This document shows positions 1-13,437 of a stretch of DNA of 64,000 nt, piece after piece; the first letter of the stretch is position 1, and each line of letters opens with the position of its first letter. The stretch is taken from NCBI GenBank assembly GCA_964016885.1, contig OZ024745.1, forward strand, positions 16,616,001 through 16,680,000, read 5' to 3'. The position numbers and the translations under genes were made by a program. The notes under the pieces are model-generated. The model did not search any database and had not been told where the DNA came from. It saw nothing but the letters and a program-made list of their open reading frames with translations. This DNA is from Eledone cirrhosa (Eukaryota).

Positions 1-168
1 TTGGCTGGTAAGAGATGCAGAGGCCGGCATGATATTGTCAATTTATGGACTGGACGTGATCTTTGCTCTTTGAACTCGGCTGCTGGTGATCGAACTTTGT
101 GAAGAGAAATATCACATATTAATGCGCAGTCGGCAACTAGTGGAGTTTATCGTCACAAGAATACGGTC

Positions 169-296
169 TATATATATATATATATATATATAGACCGTAA
201 AGAGTCACGTTTCGACGTCGTAGCCTTTTCCCGTTTCGACAGTAAATTCCAGACACACACACACACACGCACACACCCACACCCACACACACACAC

Positions 297-382
<86 letters not shown>

Positions 383-441
383 ATATATTTTATATATATA
401 TATATGTATATATACATATGTGTGTGTGTGTGTGTGTGTGT
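169..441. repeat. (TA)n/(CA)n/(TG)n compound microsatellite block with a short unique insert (191-252)
   Basis: Directly visible dinucleotide runs. Confidence 0.95.
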
Positions 442-1080
442 ATTTATGTATATAGCAAAAGTAACGAAGATCGCTGGTATAAATTCATCGTCCCTCGGCC
501 AGCGTCTAGCTCACTCAATGAATCTGGCAAATTGCAGTTATGCAGCTGCAAACAACAGCTCATAGATTTTGTTTACTGTAGACAGTTGGCTGTGCTTTTA
601 GTTAGAGATAGATATAAATATCTCCTTCCCAGACGATCGTTTCTGGGCAATATAACTTTACAAATGCAGATTTTACTTCTGCAATGTTCAGAAAATCATG
701 CAAAATAAGTGGATATTTACGTAATCGGGAAGGATTACCCAATAATACTATACGTTATTTTTGTGCAGTGTGAGCCAGCCCTCACTATTGGATAATCTAT
801 CTAGCAGTTCATGTCATCCTCTCACTCAGCCTCAAATGAAAAAAAGGATTTCTCGCAGATCATAACACGTGATTTTGGTAGATGATTTCGGGCAAATGAA
901 TTCGTGCCAAAAACAAAGAACGCTTAATGCATAATATGAGCGTCTATAGATAACGAGGTTCATCCATATATACACATATATATGCAAACAATATCTGATT
1001 TGTGATACGAAGTCAAATATTCAATACTCAAAATTTAATCTTAGAAAACATAAACAAGAAACATGTGGAAGGGATATGCA

Positions 1081-1123
<43 letters not shown>

Positions 1124-1125
<2 letters not shown>

Positions 1126-1729
1126 CGCGGCGATGAATTAGTTTAGCGAGGTTTTTTATATGAAATCGTGTGTCGAAACAAATATTGTTATACTTGGGGA
1201 GGGTCATATTTGTGTAATATTTGTTTCTACTTTTGGCACAAGGCCAGCAATTATCCCAGTGTATTACTGGTACTTTATTTTATCGACCCCATAAGGATGA
1301 AAGGCAAAGTTAACCTCGGCGGGATTTGAACTCAGACCATAAAGGGACATAACTCTTTTTTGCTGCAAAGCATGGCGTCCGACCCTCTACCGATACTGCC
1401 AATCCACCACCTTTATTTGTGTAATATTGCCAGAATTAATAACAGAACACACTCACTGTTTGGTTGGTTTTCGCTTCTCGCTGTCTTATATATCTGCGAT
1501 CTAACTTAATCGGTCCTCAATGTTGCCATTGACTGACCGACGGTCAAAAATATTACAGATACAATATAGACACACCGTCGGTCAGTCAATGGCAACATTG
1601 AGGACCGATTAAGTTAGATCGCAGATATAAAAGACAGCGAGAAGCGAAAACCAACCAAACAGTGAGTGTGTTCTGTTATTAATTCTGGCAATATTACACA
1701 AATATGACCCTCCCCAAGTATAACAATAT
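1124..1729. mobile_element. Fold-back (inverted-repeat) non-coding element in (TA)n, Penelope pLTR-like; left arm interrupted by a SINE
   Basis: Left arm 1182-1221 plus 1429-1544 is the reverse complement of 1574-1729 (1 mismatch seen), with a 29-bp spacer and (TA)n on both sides. Another fragment of the same sequence lies at about 23490-23547. Family assignment is inference from architecture. Confidence 0.65.
1222..1413 (-). mobile_element. tRNA-derived SINE (main family of this window), full length, 15-bp TSD
   Basis: Minus strand has A box TGGCAGTATCGG, B box GAGTTCAAATCC, central GCCTTTCATCC..GGGGTCGATAAAATAAAGTACCAG and 3' GCTGGCCTTGTGCCAAAAGTAGAAACAA. TSD TATTTGTGTAATATT at 1207-1221 and 1414-1428. 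Confidence 0.92.
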
Positions 1730-1744
1730 ATACATATATATATT

Positions 1745-1935
1745 TATTAAAATAATAGATTAAAGTTTAAGCAAAGAATCGCTGCTTTCACCCTTAACAG
1801 ATCCCGTTTGAAAGCACCGATTCTTTGCTTAAAATATAATCTGTTATTTTAATAGATATTTACTGTACGGTTCTTATATATTTGATATATATTTATCCTT
1901 ATCGATCCCTCTTTGGAATTTAGTCTTCAAATTTA
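1745..1935. mobile_element. Short fold-back element (46-bp imperfect arms 1745-1790 / 1809-1854) between TA tracts
   Basis: TATTAAAATAATAGATT...GCTGCTTTCA pairs with TGAAAGCACCG...TTATTTTAATA. A single-arm copy of the same sequence is at about 34811-34868. Confidence 0.6.
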
Positions 1936-1945
1936 TTATTATTAC

Positions 1946-1976
<31 letters not shown>

Positions 1977-2066
1977 ACAATAAATGATGTCCATATAATC
2001 ATTTGATAAAATATATACACTATTTCCTCTCCCAATCAGCATAATCAACCACACAAAAACCAAGTA

Positions 2067-2136
<70 letters not shown>

Positions 2137-2890
2137 ATATTTATATATACGTATGACATTGATTGTGTCCATTTCATTTAATATGTACTTACAAACACAA
2201 GTTTATTGTCGCCATTATGACACTTTCTTCTACTTTCTGTAGTTCTAATCCATTACCCCTTGTCAAATGGTTTTGTTTTATGATTCTGGCTTATGAAATT
2301 GTGGTATGATTAATAACAAATAGAATATAGATATAGTTGTATAAAATAATTCTTGAAATTCATTAATATTAGTAACTAGGATTACTTCAATTCGAAATAT
2401 TTTATGAATTTTACCAATAATTGGTGAATGTAGCAGATTTATTTCCTTAAGATATAGCTTTCTTGTTTCACGACAATTTAGACTTAACAAATATTTCAAA
2501 ATGCACGATTGTTAATATAAGCAAAACCTTCTAGGTAACATGTTCACGTATCTGCGAGATCTTTATAATTACATGTCAAATGAGATTTACATTTAAGTAA
2601 TTTCATAAAAAATATAATTCCTTCTAAAATTCATTTAAAAGATGCTGAATTTATTAGTTTCCCTATTTATTTTTTGAAGTACATATTCGGTTCAATTCAT
2701 TCGAAAATTCTCATGACAAATCAAAATGCAATTTGTAAGATACATTTAAATAAAGAAACAACCATCGAGAACAGCGGCAACATATATTTCAAATTCACTG
2801 TAAAGAACCTATATTTGTTAACGTTTTTTGTATTTATTTGATCAGGCGGAAGCTATTGACAATCATCTCAAGTCTAACTTACCCCCCCCC

Positions 2891-3237
<347 letters not shown>

Positions 3238-4657
3238 GCGTTGTAAATGGCAAAAACTAAGAAAATTTTATTTGACACCATAACAGGAAAACTACAATAT
3301 TTCGGACATGAATATAAATTGGTCAAACATACAGAAAAAAGAAAAGTGCCTGCTACGTAATTACAACTACGTAGCAATTAACTGATGTATATTCTAATGA
3401 TATGAGTAAATGATAAGTTTATTTTTCTAAATCACTTCATAGAATTTTATAACAAATTATTAATCAATATAAAGAATTTGAATATAAACTATTTAAGGAA
3501 TATAAATATACAGAATATATTAATCAACACTCCAACTGAAGTTACGTTTTATAAATTAGAACCTCATCAATCACAGATCTACAAATTACTGGTGAGAAGG
3601 AAACTATAAATTTAATATTCATAGTCAATGAGGTTTGTATATATATTTTAATGAAAGTGCGTTAATTATGAGTTAAGCACTTCCAATAACTTTACTGAAT
3701 AAATCGAAAGATTGAAGCATTCTGGCTTAGTATATTCAGCCTTAATTGAATTTCAAACATTTATTTAACTGCTGAGAATAGAGGCGTCATTTGATTGAGC
3801 ACCAGAGAAAATACCTTGACACTTCTACTAATATTTCTTTATTTTCTGACCTCAAATTCTTAATTTCCTTTCTTGGAGTAAGATATGTTTGTTGAGTAAT
3901 CCACTACAACCCCTCCCACTATACTACTGCCCTTTCCACATATTAGAAACGATTGTTTGTTAAGAAATATAAAACAAAAACATTAAAAACTCTTTAATAT
4001 TTCTCATTTCTCATAGAAATCATAATAATCATAAACCATAAGAAGCTCTGTGTTAAAAATGTTCTTCCTGTTTCTAAACTGATTAGAACGTTATTTTGAT
4101 TATAGTTGGATATCAATAAAGGCGTATCAGATATTTTTTCTTTTTATAAATAGGAATTTGTGAAAAGAAGACGGCAAACAGATCCCAGTTAATTTCTTCA
4201 AACCTCCTCCCACGACCGAAAAATAATGGCATAATATGATTGGGCCCCTATCAATAAAAATCCATTAAAACACCCGATGAAACCTGTTGGGAGCCTAACT
4301 GTAAACAACAGCCTGTGTAAACATTTTGTTATGAAGTAGGTCAATGAACCATTCAATAGTCCATTGTATCTTTAATGGAGCAAGTAATGATTCTGCTCTA
4401 ACTGCAACAGTGGCTGAGTATATTTATTATCAATATTCCGTTATTAATTAATTATATCATTCGTATATTAACATCTAACTATCCACTAGTTTGATAGATA
4501 GTAACTTATCACAGCCATACCTTGGAATGATGTCCATCACACTTAGATATCAATTTCCCAATATCTACCTACTTTTCTACGCTTGTAACGAACATTTCTT
4601 GTACTCATTTATTGCAATTAAAATTGAAGATAAATACCAGAATAATGAGCTACATAC

Positions 4658-4953
4658 TCTTCTTCTTCTTCTTCTTCTTCTTCTTCTTCTTCTTCTTCTT
4701 CTTCTTCTTCTTCTTCTTCTTCTTCTTCTTCTTCTTCTTCTTCTTCTTCTTCTTCTTCTTCTTCTTCTTCTTCCTGAGAGTGTCGTGCGTGTAGAGTCGC
4801 CAAATACTCCTTCCAGCGGGTCCTGACAGAAGTCTCCAACTGTCTGGCTGGATCTCTAAGCGATACCACCCAAGCTCATGGATGTTATCCAACCATCTTG
4901 CTCTGGGGTGTACAATCTGCCGGTTGGTTTTTCCTGTAAAATCTGTCCAGTGA
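4658..4953 (-). mobile_element. RTE-like LINE 3' end fragment with long (GAA)n tail
   Basis: Minus-strand translation includes PRARWLDNIHELGW, resembling the RTE C-terminal GRPxxRWxDxI motif, followed by a pure (GAA)n tail at 4658-4774. Homologous copies at about 8970, 19005 and 42840. Confidence 0.75.
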
Positions 4954-6131
4954 ATTAGAATGTTTCAGGAAAATTCTCTGGGCTACATGTTGATTTAGAA
5001 AATATAACATGATCATTTAGGTTAATTTAATTTAAACTTTATACAAATATCACTATTATACATAATGTTGTCCACATATATTCACCATCTTTACAGGTGT
5101 TCTATGAAAATATATTGTGTAATATTCTACACGTATTTACGAAATGTTTAGGTTGCTGTTATGGACGGTGTTTCGATTTTTCTCAAAACAAACATTGGTC
5201 CATATCAATAGAAATATTGTTGTAGTAAATTTTGAAATATTTCATATTCAAAGTAAGATGGAAATGTCCACATTATATCTGAGGTTAAAACTAATTGATA
5301 TTGTCTGACATTTACTACTTTAAATACTTTTAAAGAATAGGAACCGATCCAAAAATACCTTAGATATCTCCTTTGAATGGAAGATTTCGAAGAATGACTT
5401 ACGGATTAATTGTGCTCGAGCCAATATAGTTTGCTGGCTCATTCTCTAAGGATATTGGTTATAGAGATGTAGCCAAGACAACAAGAAGATTTCTGAACTT
5501 TACTTGCAACTATTGACAGATGGGGAGGACGAATTAGTAAATAAATATCGTTAAATCGCATTATGGTATCCCACCATGACGTCAGAGAATAATTGTAATA
5601 AAAATAATCTTTTCATCAGAAATGACACAGCATTGTGATTCATTAAGCGACGTATAGTAGCTAGTAAAGTTACAAATAACAAAGTGGTCACATTTGATCC
5701 TGTAATGACAGAAGAAATCATAACAGTAACGTATAGTCTAGTAAACGTAAATACTCTTAAACATAAGTTTATATTGTTTGTGCAGGACCATGCAAATACG
5801 TAGAATTTATTTAATCCCTTTCCGTTCTAATGTAATATATTTGTATTCTCTGTGTTGTCTGTTATAAACTTTCAGCACCACACACATATAATGAAAATAG
5901 AAGATCAGGTCGAGATTAACCGTAAAAAGTGTTTGACTTAGAAATGTTACCCTCCTTATATACTATTAAGAACGCATCTAGAAAAATAAAAAATAGAAAG
6001 AAACCAGAAAGTTATATATCTTGACACATTTACTGTATATATGCTGAATAAAGAATATTGGGTGTATTTCCTGTATTTAAATGAAATAAAATACACTTGC
6101 ATACATAAATACGAGGATGCGTGCACGTAGA

Positions 6132-6146
6132 TACACACACACACAT

Positions 6147-6226
<80 letters not shown>

Positions 6227-6415
6227 TATATATATATATATATAGTAATGTATGCATGTATGTATAACTGAATATGCATTGTTGTGTGAAATTATGCCTA
6301 TATATATATGCATGTGCGTGTGTGTATGTGTGTGTGTGTGTATGTATGTGTGTGTGTGTGTGTATGTGTGTGTGTATGTATGTGTGTGTGTGTGTGTGTA
6401 TGTGTGTGTGTGTAT
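6132..6415. repeat. (CA)n / (TG)n microsatellites
   Basis: Direct observation. Confidence 0.95.
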
Positions 6416-6983
6416 TTCGGCTAGTCGAGCTAAATATTACTTTCAAGTTGATGTTTTGATATTTCTTTTGGGCAAAATTCTTGACATCTTATTTTAACTC
6501 ATGCTCCTCTATTCCTATTTACTTTTCACCAATTTATATTTTCCTCCATTCTACTATCACAACAGACATGGACTTACCACGGTTCACTGCTTTGTCTACA
6601 TCGCTGCCAGCTAGTCTTAGTAATTTTTCATTCTTGAGAGTAGAAATAGCATTACTACTTCAACCGACATCCATCTACCATCCCATTCCACTTCGTTACT
6701 TCTCCCGCGCTTTTTCTATTGAATCATGGCTAAAGGCCTGCAAGTATTGTATTGGAATGCCAACGGATAGCAGACCAATTACACGCTTCCTTTCTCTTGC
6801 CGCTTATCCTTCACACGTATGCCTCGTCTATCTACTATTATAGAGAGTCATCTGTTTTTTCCCACCCGGTTGATTCTCTTCGACGAACCAACCGGACGCC
6901 GTCGAATCTCCACAGTAACAATCAATTGGATTAACCGAACCAAATTACTTTAGACGATACCGAGGCGTCCTCTTTTTTCACGT

Positions 6984-7025
<42 letters not shown>

Positions 7026-7166
7026 GTTTTTGTGTGTGTCTGTGTTCAGTGTATGACTTTCTGTGTGTGTATGCGAAAAGTAAATAAAAATTAACATGAA
7101 AAAACGATACATTACAATTAATATATATAAATTAATTTAACACTTGATAAAGTGATTCAAATAATC

Positions 7167-7322
<156 letters not shown>

Positions 7323-7365
7323 ACAAAGTGTTATGACGATCAAATTTTAGTTTAGAACATTTATT

Positions 7366-7412
7366 TGCTGACAATTGTTTCTTCCAGGATGAAGTCTGGG
7401 ATCATCGGAGCA
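7366..7412 (-). ncRNA. Minimal type I hammerhead ribozyme (Penelope-type) in a ~340-bp element between TA tracts
   Basis: Minus strand: TGCT-CCGATGA-TCCCAG(loop)CTGGAA-GAA-AC AATT GT-C-AGCA, then AATAAA. Stem I TGCT/AGCA, palindromic stem III ACAATTGT, GUC triplet, U4C core variant. Confidence 0.75.
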
Positions 7413-7682
7413 TAAGGAATGTCGAAACATGTAACTAAAATCCTAGTCATTTAGAACATTTAGGGTACATAATTGGTATTAGTGTCAAAAGCATCATGTG
7501 GAGAGTCAGGAGTTAAAAAGATGTTATGCCTGAAAGAACACAATTACAGGCACCACTGGTTGGAAGTGTAATAGGTATAAGTAAAAAGGACAAGCAAAAA
7601 CAAAAGCCAAAAAATCACAGGCAAAAATGTTATAAGCAAGGACAATTTGTGTACAATGCAGGATAAATATATATATATATGT

Positions 7683-7762
7683 TTCCTAATAATCGTCTTT
7701 TTCTCCCTATTTACATATATATATATATATGTAAATGGGGAGAAAAAGACGATTATTAGGAA
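7683..7762. repeat. 80-bp near-perfect palindrome centred on (AT)8
   Basis: 32-bp arms 7683-7714 / 7731-7762 with one mismatch. Confidence 0.9.
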
Positions 7763-8520
7763 GAAAAATATTTTTTTCCTTTATTTTTTCTCTCTGTTTT
7801 CTGGGTTAGAAAATGTTTAAAACAAAATATTTTACTTTGTGTGAAGTGTTAAGTTATTAGTTTATTTATTTATTAATTAACAATAGCATTATTTATTTAT
7901 TTATATATTTATATATTTAATAATTTTCAATTACCGGTTTCAGCATTTTATGCATTATCAAAGGGGAGAATTTGTATTGGTATACAATGTAGGAGAGAAG
8001 ATAAGCTGATTTTGAACATGTTAAGGAAATGGGAAAGAAAGAATAATATTATTTACAAACAAGGTTTTTGAAGTAAAAAGAAAAACGAAAAAAGGGGGTG
8101 ATGTGGAACATGATACGCGCACACACACACATACATTTTATAATCATATATATGTGTGTGCGCGCGCGCGTATGTGTGTATATTTAATTGTAATATTAAT
8201 GAGAATAATTTTTACTCATTTAGCTGTGTATTGTTGCTCAACGCTATGGTAGGGTCATGTAGAGTCGTTATATATTTACAATTTGTTTACAAACAAAAAT
8301 TTAAAGGTTCAAGGCATTAAATTACTGACAATGTGTTCTCCCCCCCCCCCCCAGTAATATACCTGATATAGCAAATTATTTTATTTAACAATTTGCCATC
8401 AGTTAGCTTAGACAATGGATGTCATCAGAGTTTAATTAAAATACCAATATAAATCACCCCCCAAAAAACATAATATATATATCAAAATATATCAAAATAT
8501 CGAAATAAATCATTTACAAA

Positions 8521-8711
8521 TATAGTTAAAAGAATATCGTAGTCTAAAAAATATGGTGAAAGTTGTGTTAAAAGTTATTTGGAAGTCGCATTTTCTAGAA
8601 TGAATTGGAATTTATAGTTAAAAATGTGATAGTTCAAATAGTATGGTGTCATGTGTATTAAAAGTTATTTGGAACAGTAGTAGTTTTCCCAAAATGAATT
8701 GGAATTTATAG
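8521..8711. repeat. Diverged ~92-bp tandem duplication
   Basis: TATAGTTAAAA...TTAAAAGTTATTTGGAA...AATGAATTGGAATTTATAG occurs twice in tandem. Confidence 0.8.
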
Positions 8712-8829
8712 AGTTTTAACAAAGCAATATTCATAGTTAGCACGGACAATCCACCGAATTTAACACTGAGGAGAATGTCAACTCACTGGAGCCAAATACT
8801 GGATTAAGACAGTTTTGTTGGCCATGGAA

Positions 8830-8938
8830 TGAGAAAAGATAACGTTGACACCCACAGGTTTTAAAGTTGGAACGTAAAATACCGGAAGAAGTACTGAAAA
8901 GAGTTTTGCCCAATACTCTAACAACTATGCCAATCCAC
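8830..8938 (-). mobile_element. Decayed tRNA-SINE 5' part
   Basis: Ends in ...CTCTAACAACTATGCCAATCCAC, a degenerate match to the SINE head CTCTACCGATACTGCCAATCCAC. Confidence 0.55.
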
Positions 8939-8969
8939 ACAATTTAGACAATAAGACACGTTAATTAAC

Positions 8970-9100
8970 ACCATGAAACCTCAGCTGGATCAGTTGGAGA
9001 GGGTTGCTTCTGACAGGACCCGCTGGAAGGAGTATTTGAGGACACTGTTACCACGAATCTCCCAGTAGTAAGTAGATGGAGAAGAAGAAGAAAAGAAGAT
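8970..9100 (+). mobile_element. RTE-like 3' tail fragment
   Basis: CTTCTGACAGGACCCGCTGGAAGGAGTATTTG matches the reverse complement of 4800-4832; short GAA tail. Confidence 0.7.
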
Positions 9101-10726
9101 GAGAAAACACGATGATTCAATAATATGTATGTAAAGATTGGCTTCACAATTTTCATTATAATAAACTGTAGTATATGTTAAAATATAACCATGTTATGGC
9201 ATATTTCAGACATATACTGTTTCGTTAAAGAATTCAGGTATATTCTCAACTTTATTCCAATATCCAAATATATATTCTTATCTAAGTCATTAGTATTTGA
9301 TAGGATCTTTTGTACTTCAATGTGAATATGATTTTTATATAACATTTAACAATTATCTTAAGAATAATCAATCAAAATTTACTGACATAATGTAGGCAAC
9401 ATTGCAATACTATATCCGTACATGGAAACTGTATCCTAATTCTAATGACGAAAAGAATCTTTAGTACGAAGTAAGCAATGGCCACAGCATATAATTTGAT
9501 TTTGAAATATGCTAGTTTAAATATCGCCCAGCTTGATATGATCCAACTCACTGATAAATCTCATCTGTTTCACTTAGTAGAACAAAAGAAACATAACAAC
9601 AACAATATCAAGATTGTGAAATTACATTAGAGTGAAAATATGGTCGGCCTTTAAATGTTTCATTAGTTAGTGGGTTACATGTTCTTAATCAAATATTTTA
9701 ACAATATGCTAATTATCAACGGGAACCAAATTTACTATGCTGGTAATCAATTATAAGTAAAACACACAGGAAATATATGTCTTTCCACCTTCGATGAGCC
9801 AATGTAGAACTAAATGGAATTTAAATAAAATGTTCTCCTAAAGAGCTAATCGACCTACAGCAGGTGACAATATAACAATAAAACCAACATCGACAATAAA
9901 TCGACCTGATAATCGAAGGTGCCGCAGGTATAAGGCCTCCTCTAATACCTGCTTCATGAAATTACCACATTTCATGTATATATATATATATGGTTGGCGG
10001 CTGAGAGGAAAGAGGGTGTCCACATCTTAAATTGTAGTAACTCGTTGGATTATGATTGACTACCCTCAGGTTTGAGTTCTGCGAGGTGGAATGGCTCTTC
10101 CAGCACGTCTCCCTCGCCTTCCTCTGGGGAAATGTATTCTCCATCCTGTAGGCCGGGACCAAGAGGCAGAGGGTAAGTTAGTTGGAGGTGGAAGATACTC
10201 GTTCGAACGTCACACATACTCAACTCCTTGCATATATGTTCTATGTTAAAATCTACGACGAATTACAACCGCAGCCTTCTCAAAGTTAATAAACATTTCC
10301 TATCACTCTAGTGTCCTAAAACGAGCCATGTTATTCATATGATTGAATTTGAAGAGTTCAGATTCAAAAGGCGTTGACAAGGATGCTATGTAAAGTTAAA
10401 ATCATACGTCGTAACTAGAATATCGTCGATCATTTGCTTTATTGGGCAGAATTGACTTAGACGTAAATATATATTTTGTTTGCGTGAAATATGTTTTGAT
10501 ATTTATGTCAGATTTAGAATTGGTTGTCCTTCTTTTTTAGCGATGGAAGGGGGGGGGATATCCCCAAGGGAGTGGTAGGGCGACTGTAGTGACATACGGC
10601 GTTTCTAGAGAATTTTGTTAAACTTGGCCTAGTCCATCTCCTCTCCATGTGTGAATACAGTAGGTTTCGTTTAGAGAAGAATAGAGAGAGAAGGTAAGGG
10701 AATGGAAATGAGAAAGAGATATAGAG

Positions 10727-10883
10727 GAAGAATCGACCTCGATACTAGACTGGTACTTTTCATTTACAGCGAATAGATGAAAGGCAAATTTGACCTCGGC
10801 GGAATTTGAACTCTGGAACGAATAACGCAAAGGAACGAATAACGCAAAGGATTGTATCCGACGTTCTAATGAATCTGCCAATT
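10727..10883 (-). mobile_element. tRNA-derived SINE, older subfamily
   Basis: GATGAAAGGCAAATTTGACCTCGGCGGAATTTGAACTC (central segment and B box), head ...ATCTGCCAA, and an internal tandem duplication GGAACGAATAACGCAAA. Confidence 0.8.
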
Positions 10884-11265
10884 TGGGATAAGAATATTCT
10901 AGGTATGTTTCACCGTGTCTTGGAATTTTCTATATTTTACCGTTGCTATTCTAGTTTAGTTAAGAAACTAATAATAACAAACCCGTTTCTGAAGACTCTG
11001 GAATTCCTCTTATATTTGCGTCACTAAATGTACTTTCGGCTTTTCTCTCAATCTTATATTTCGACATAACAACCGCCTCTCTGCCTTCACCACTGTTTAT
11101 TGAAACACAGACACTCTCTTCGCAAATTTCATTGTTCTATTGTCTGTTGCAATCCTGATATATATATGTCTGTAGCTTTCGCTAAATAGACGAATATTAT
11201 TCTGTTTTCTATTTTGGGTGGGGAATGAATGTGTTAATGCTACTTTCTTCAAATGCTATTGTATA

Positions 11266-11461
11266 CGAGGGTGGGCTGAAAAGTTAATGACTATTATGAA
11301 GGAGTGATGCTAGAGCTGCGAAAATTTACATGCATTAATTTCAACTCTTCTTATCAATAACTGCAGTGTTTCTCTCAAGGGACTATGTTGAAAAATAAAC
11401 CTCATTTTGTCATTCCATGAGAGTATCTTGGTAAGCCTATGGACATTTCAGCCGACCCTCG
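11266..11461. mobile_element. Tc1/mariner-type MITE
   Basis: TIRs CGAGGGTGGGCTGAAAAGT / ACATTTCAGCCGACCCTCG flanked by TA on both sides; 196 bp; no ORF. Confidence 0.85.
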
Positions 11462-12603
11462 TATTATGTCAATTAGCAAAGAAACATTGTTCCCCTCAAA
11501 TATAATTCTTCAGTAAAGATGTAGCCTCACTTCATTTATATTAATATGTAGACCCAAAAATATTTGATACTTCTGCAGATATGCTTGAAGATATGCTTGA
11601 AGATATTTCTTTCAATAGTGCAACATAGGTGCAACATCGGGGCAACATCGGTGGCGTGAAGAGGGGCGACAGATATGCAAGGGCGACTACTGGTCTTCCA
11701 CAAACAAATCTTGCCCAGACTTGAGCTTCGGAAGAAAAACTTTCTAGGTGCAAAACTATGGTCATTAGTGACCGATGGCGGCCAAGTTAAATTATGTATA
11801 CTAGAATAATCGCTTCCACTCTTATCTTGGCCTCTGTGTATCTACTTAGTGTAAATATTCAGCATTGTTAATTCTCGTTGATATATTAACGTTCCTCTAT
11901 TTACTGCCTATGTAAAACTTAAATAATATTTGTGTGCCTGGGTGTGTTTATGTGAGTGTGTGTGTGTTCACATGCATTCATGTGTACAGTAGACAGCCGC
12001 AAGAAAACTTTCAAAGCTGTTAGCCTGCAACAAGTTTTTGCAGCAGAATTAAGAAACATGTACAAACCCTTCGGGTGTGAATTAAGCTTCAGAACATCCA
12101 TCAACTACCAGATCAAGAATACTCGAGATGAAAGAATAATAAAAATGTTATTTACCATTCAGTTGCCAATAGAATGACCGTTCTATATTCTATTTACACA
12201 GTAGAGGAAATATTCTGAAGATGAAGCATGAAATCTAATCGCAATAGTTAAGAAAAGTTGAATCTAATCCAGAGCCGTCTCACTCCTATTAGTGGAAACC
12301 CTCCCTGCTAGATCTCCACAGCTTTCTGTTTGGTTTTGGTCATGGCAGTGGCGTAGCTGTACTCACCAATTTTGGCCAATTGCTACTGGTACCCTGAACC
12401 CCAGTACAAGCTGCTTCAATAGTCGGCTACTAAACCACCTTCCCCCATCAGACCAGGGTCTGATAGGAGAGTAAGTTGAAGGATGAAATCCTCGGCGTCA
12501 ACGGTCATCCACCCAAATTATGAGTTAAATATTTATGAGCAGTGTTGTTACATAAGTTGTAAAGTTGGAGAGGACGATTTAAAACATTGTAATTTATCGT
12601 GTC

Positions 12604-12706
<103 letters not shown>

Positions 12707-12800
12707 AAAAGGTATATATTGAGTTGGAAACTTAAAATAGTCTCTTGCAATTAAATACGAAAGAAATTTTTCCGGGCCGTGTAATATGATTAAATAGAAA

Positions 12801-13069
12801 AGAGAGATAAACACACATATATACATATATGTGTTCAAATCATAAGGGACCAGATTCGCTGGGTTTGCCAGACTCAATTTAAAAGAATAAATTAAGAAAT
12901 TAAATACAAACCGAAATTGCGACAACTGTCAGACACCCAGACGGCTTTTGGTAATGCTGTTTCGCAATTTGGTGATAGGGAATTACCAATTCTTTTGCTC
13001 ATCAGTGGCTGTGAAATTAGCCCCTTACGATTTGAACACATATATGTATATATCCGTGTTTATCTCTCT
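12801..13069. mobile_element. Penelope pLTR-like fragment with 48-bp inverted arms enclosing a hammerhead
   Basis: 12801-12848 is an imperfect reverse complement of 13022-13069; hammerhead between the arms; adjacent to TA repeats. Confidence 0.65.
12933..13012 (-). ncRNA. Full type I hammerhead ribozyme with intact core
   Basis: Minus strand: ACAGCCA-CTGATGA-GCAA...TTGC-GAA-ACAGC(ATTACCAAAA)GCCGT-C-TGGGTGT. Stem I 6 of 7 bp, extended stem II, stem III 4 of 5 bp, GUC triplet. Confidence 0.85.
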
Positions 13070-13084
13070 GTTATGTTAAATTAT

Positions 13085-13437
13085 ATATATATATAGAGAG
13101 ATAAGCAAGAAAGTGTTGGTAAAATCCAGTACTTCAGTATGCGGATAGGGAGCACTCAACAGAGATATAAGTTCCGGAGTTATAATAGTTACGAAACATA
13201 AGTGAATTGCATGAACTCATAATCTTTTATTTACTGCCATATATATTTCGATGATAGCCATTGAATGGCTCTAACCTCAGGCAGTTAGTCAGTTCTTAGA
13301 TATGCCAGCTCTGTGATTTTGGTGTTGATGGTTTCAGAGCCTTGCGACATGAGGTCATAGCCATTCAATGGCTATGATCGAAATATATATAGCAGTACAT
13401 AAAAGATTATGAGTTCATGCAATTCACCTATGTTTTG

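Noticed and set aside
1127-1195. GCGATGA...GAAACAAATATTGTT as a hammerhead
   Set aside because: Core has two changes, there is no stem I or II, and the triplet would be GUU.
12211-12247. CTGAAGA..GAAATCTAATC hammerhead-like string
   Set aside because: Stem I and stem II do not pair adequately; likely chance in AT-rich DNA.
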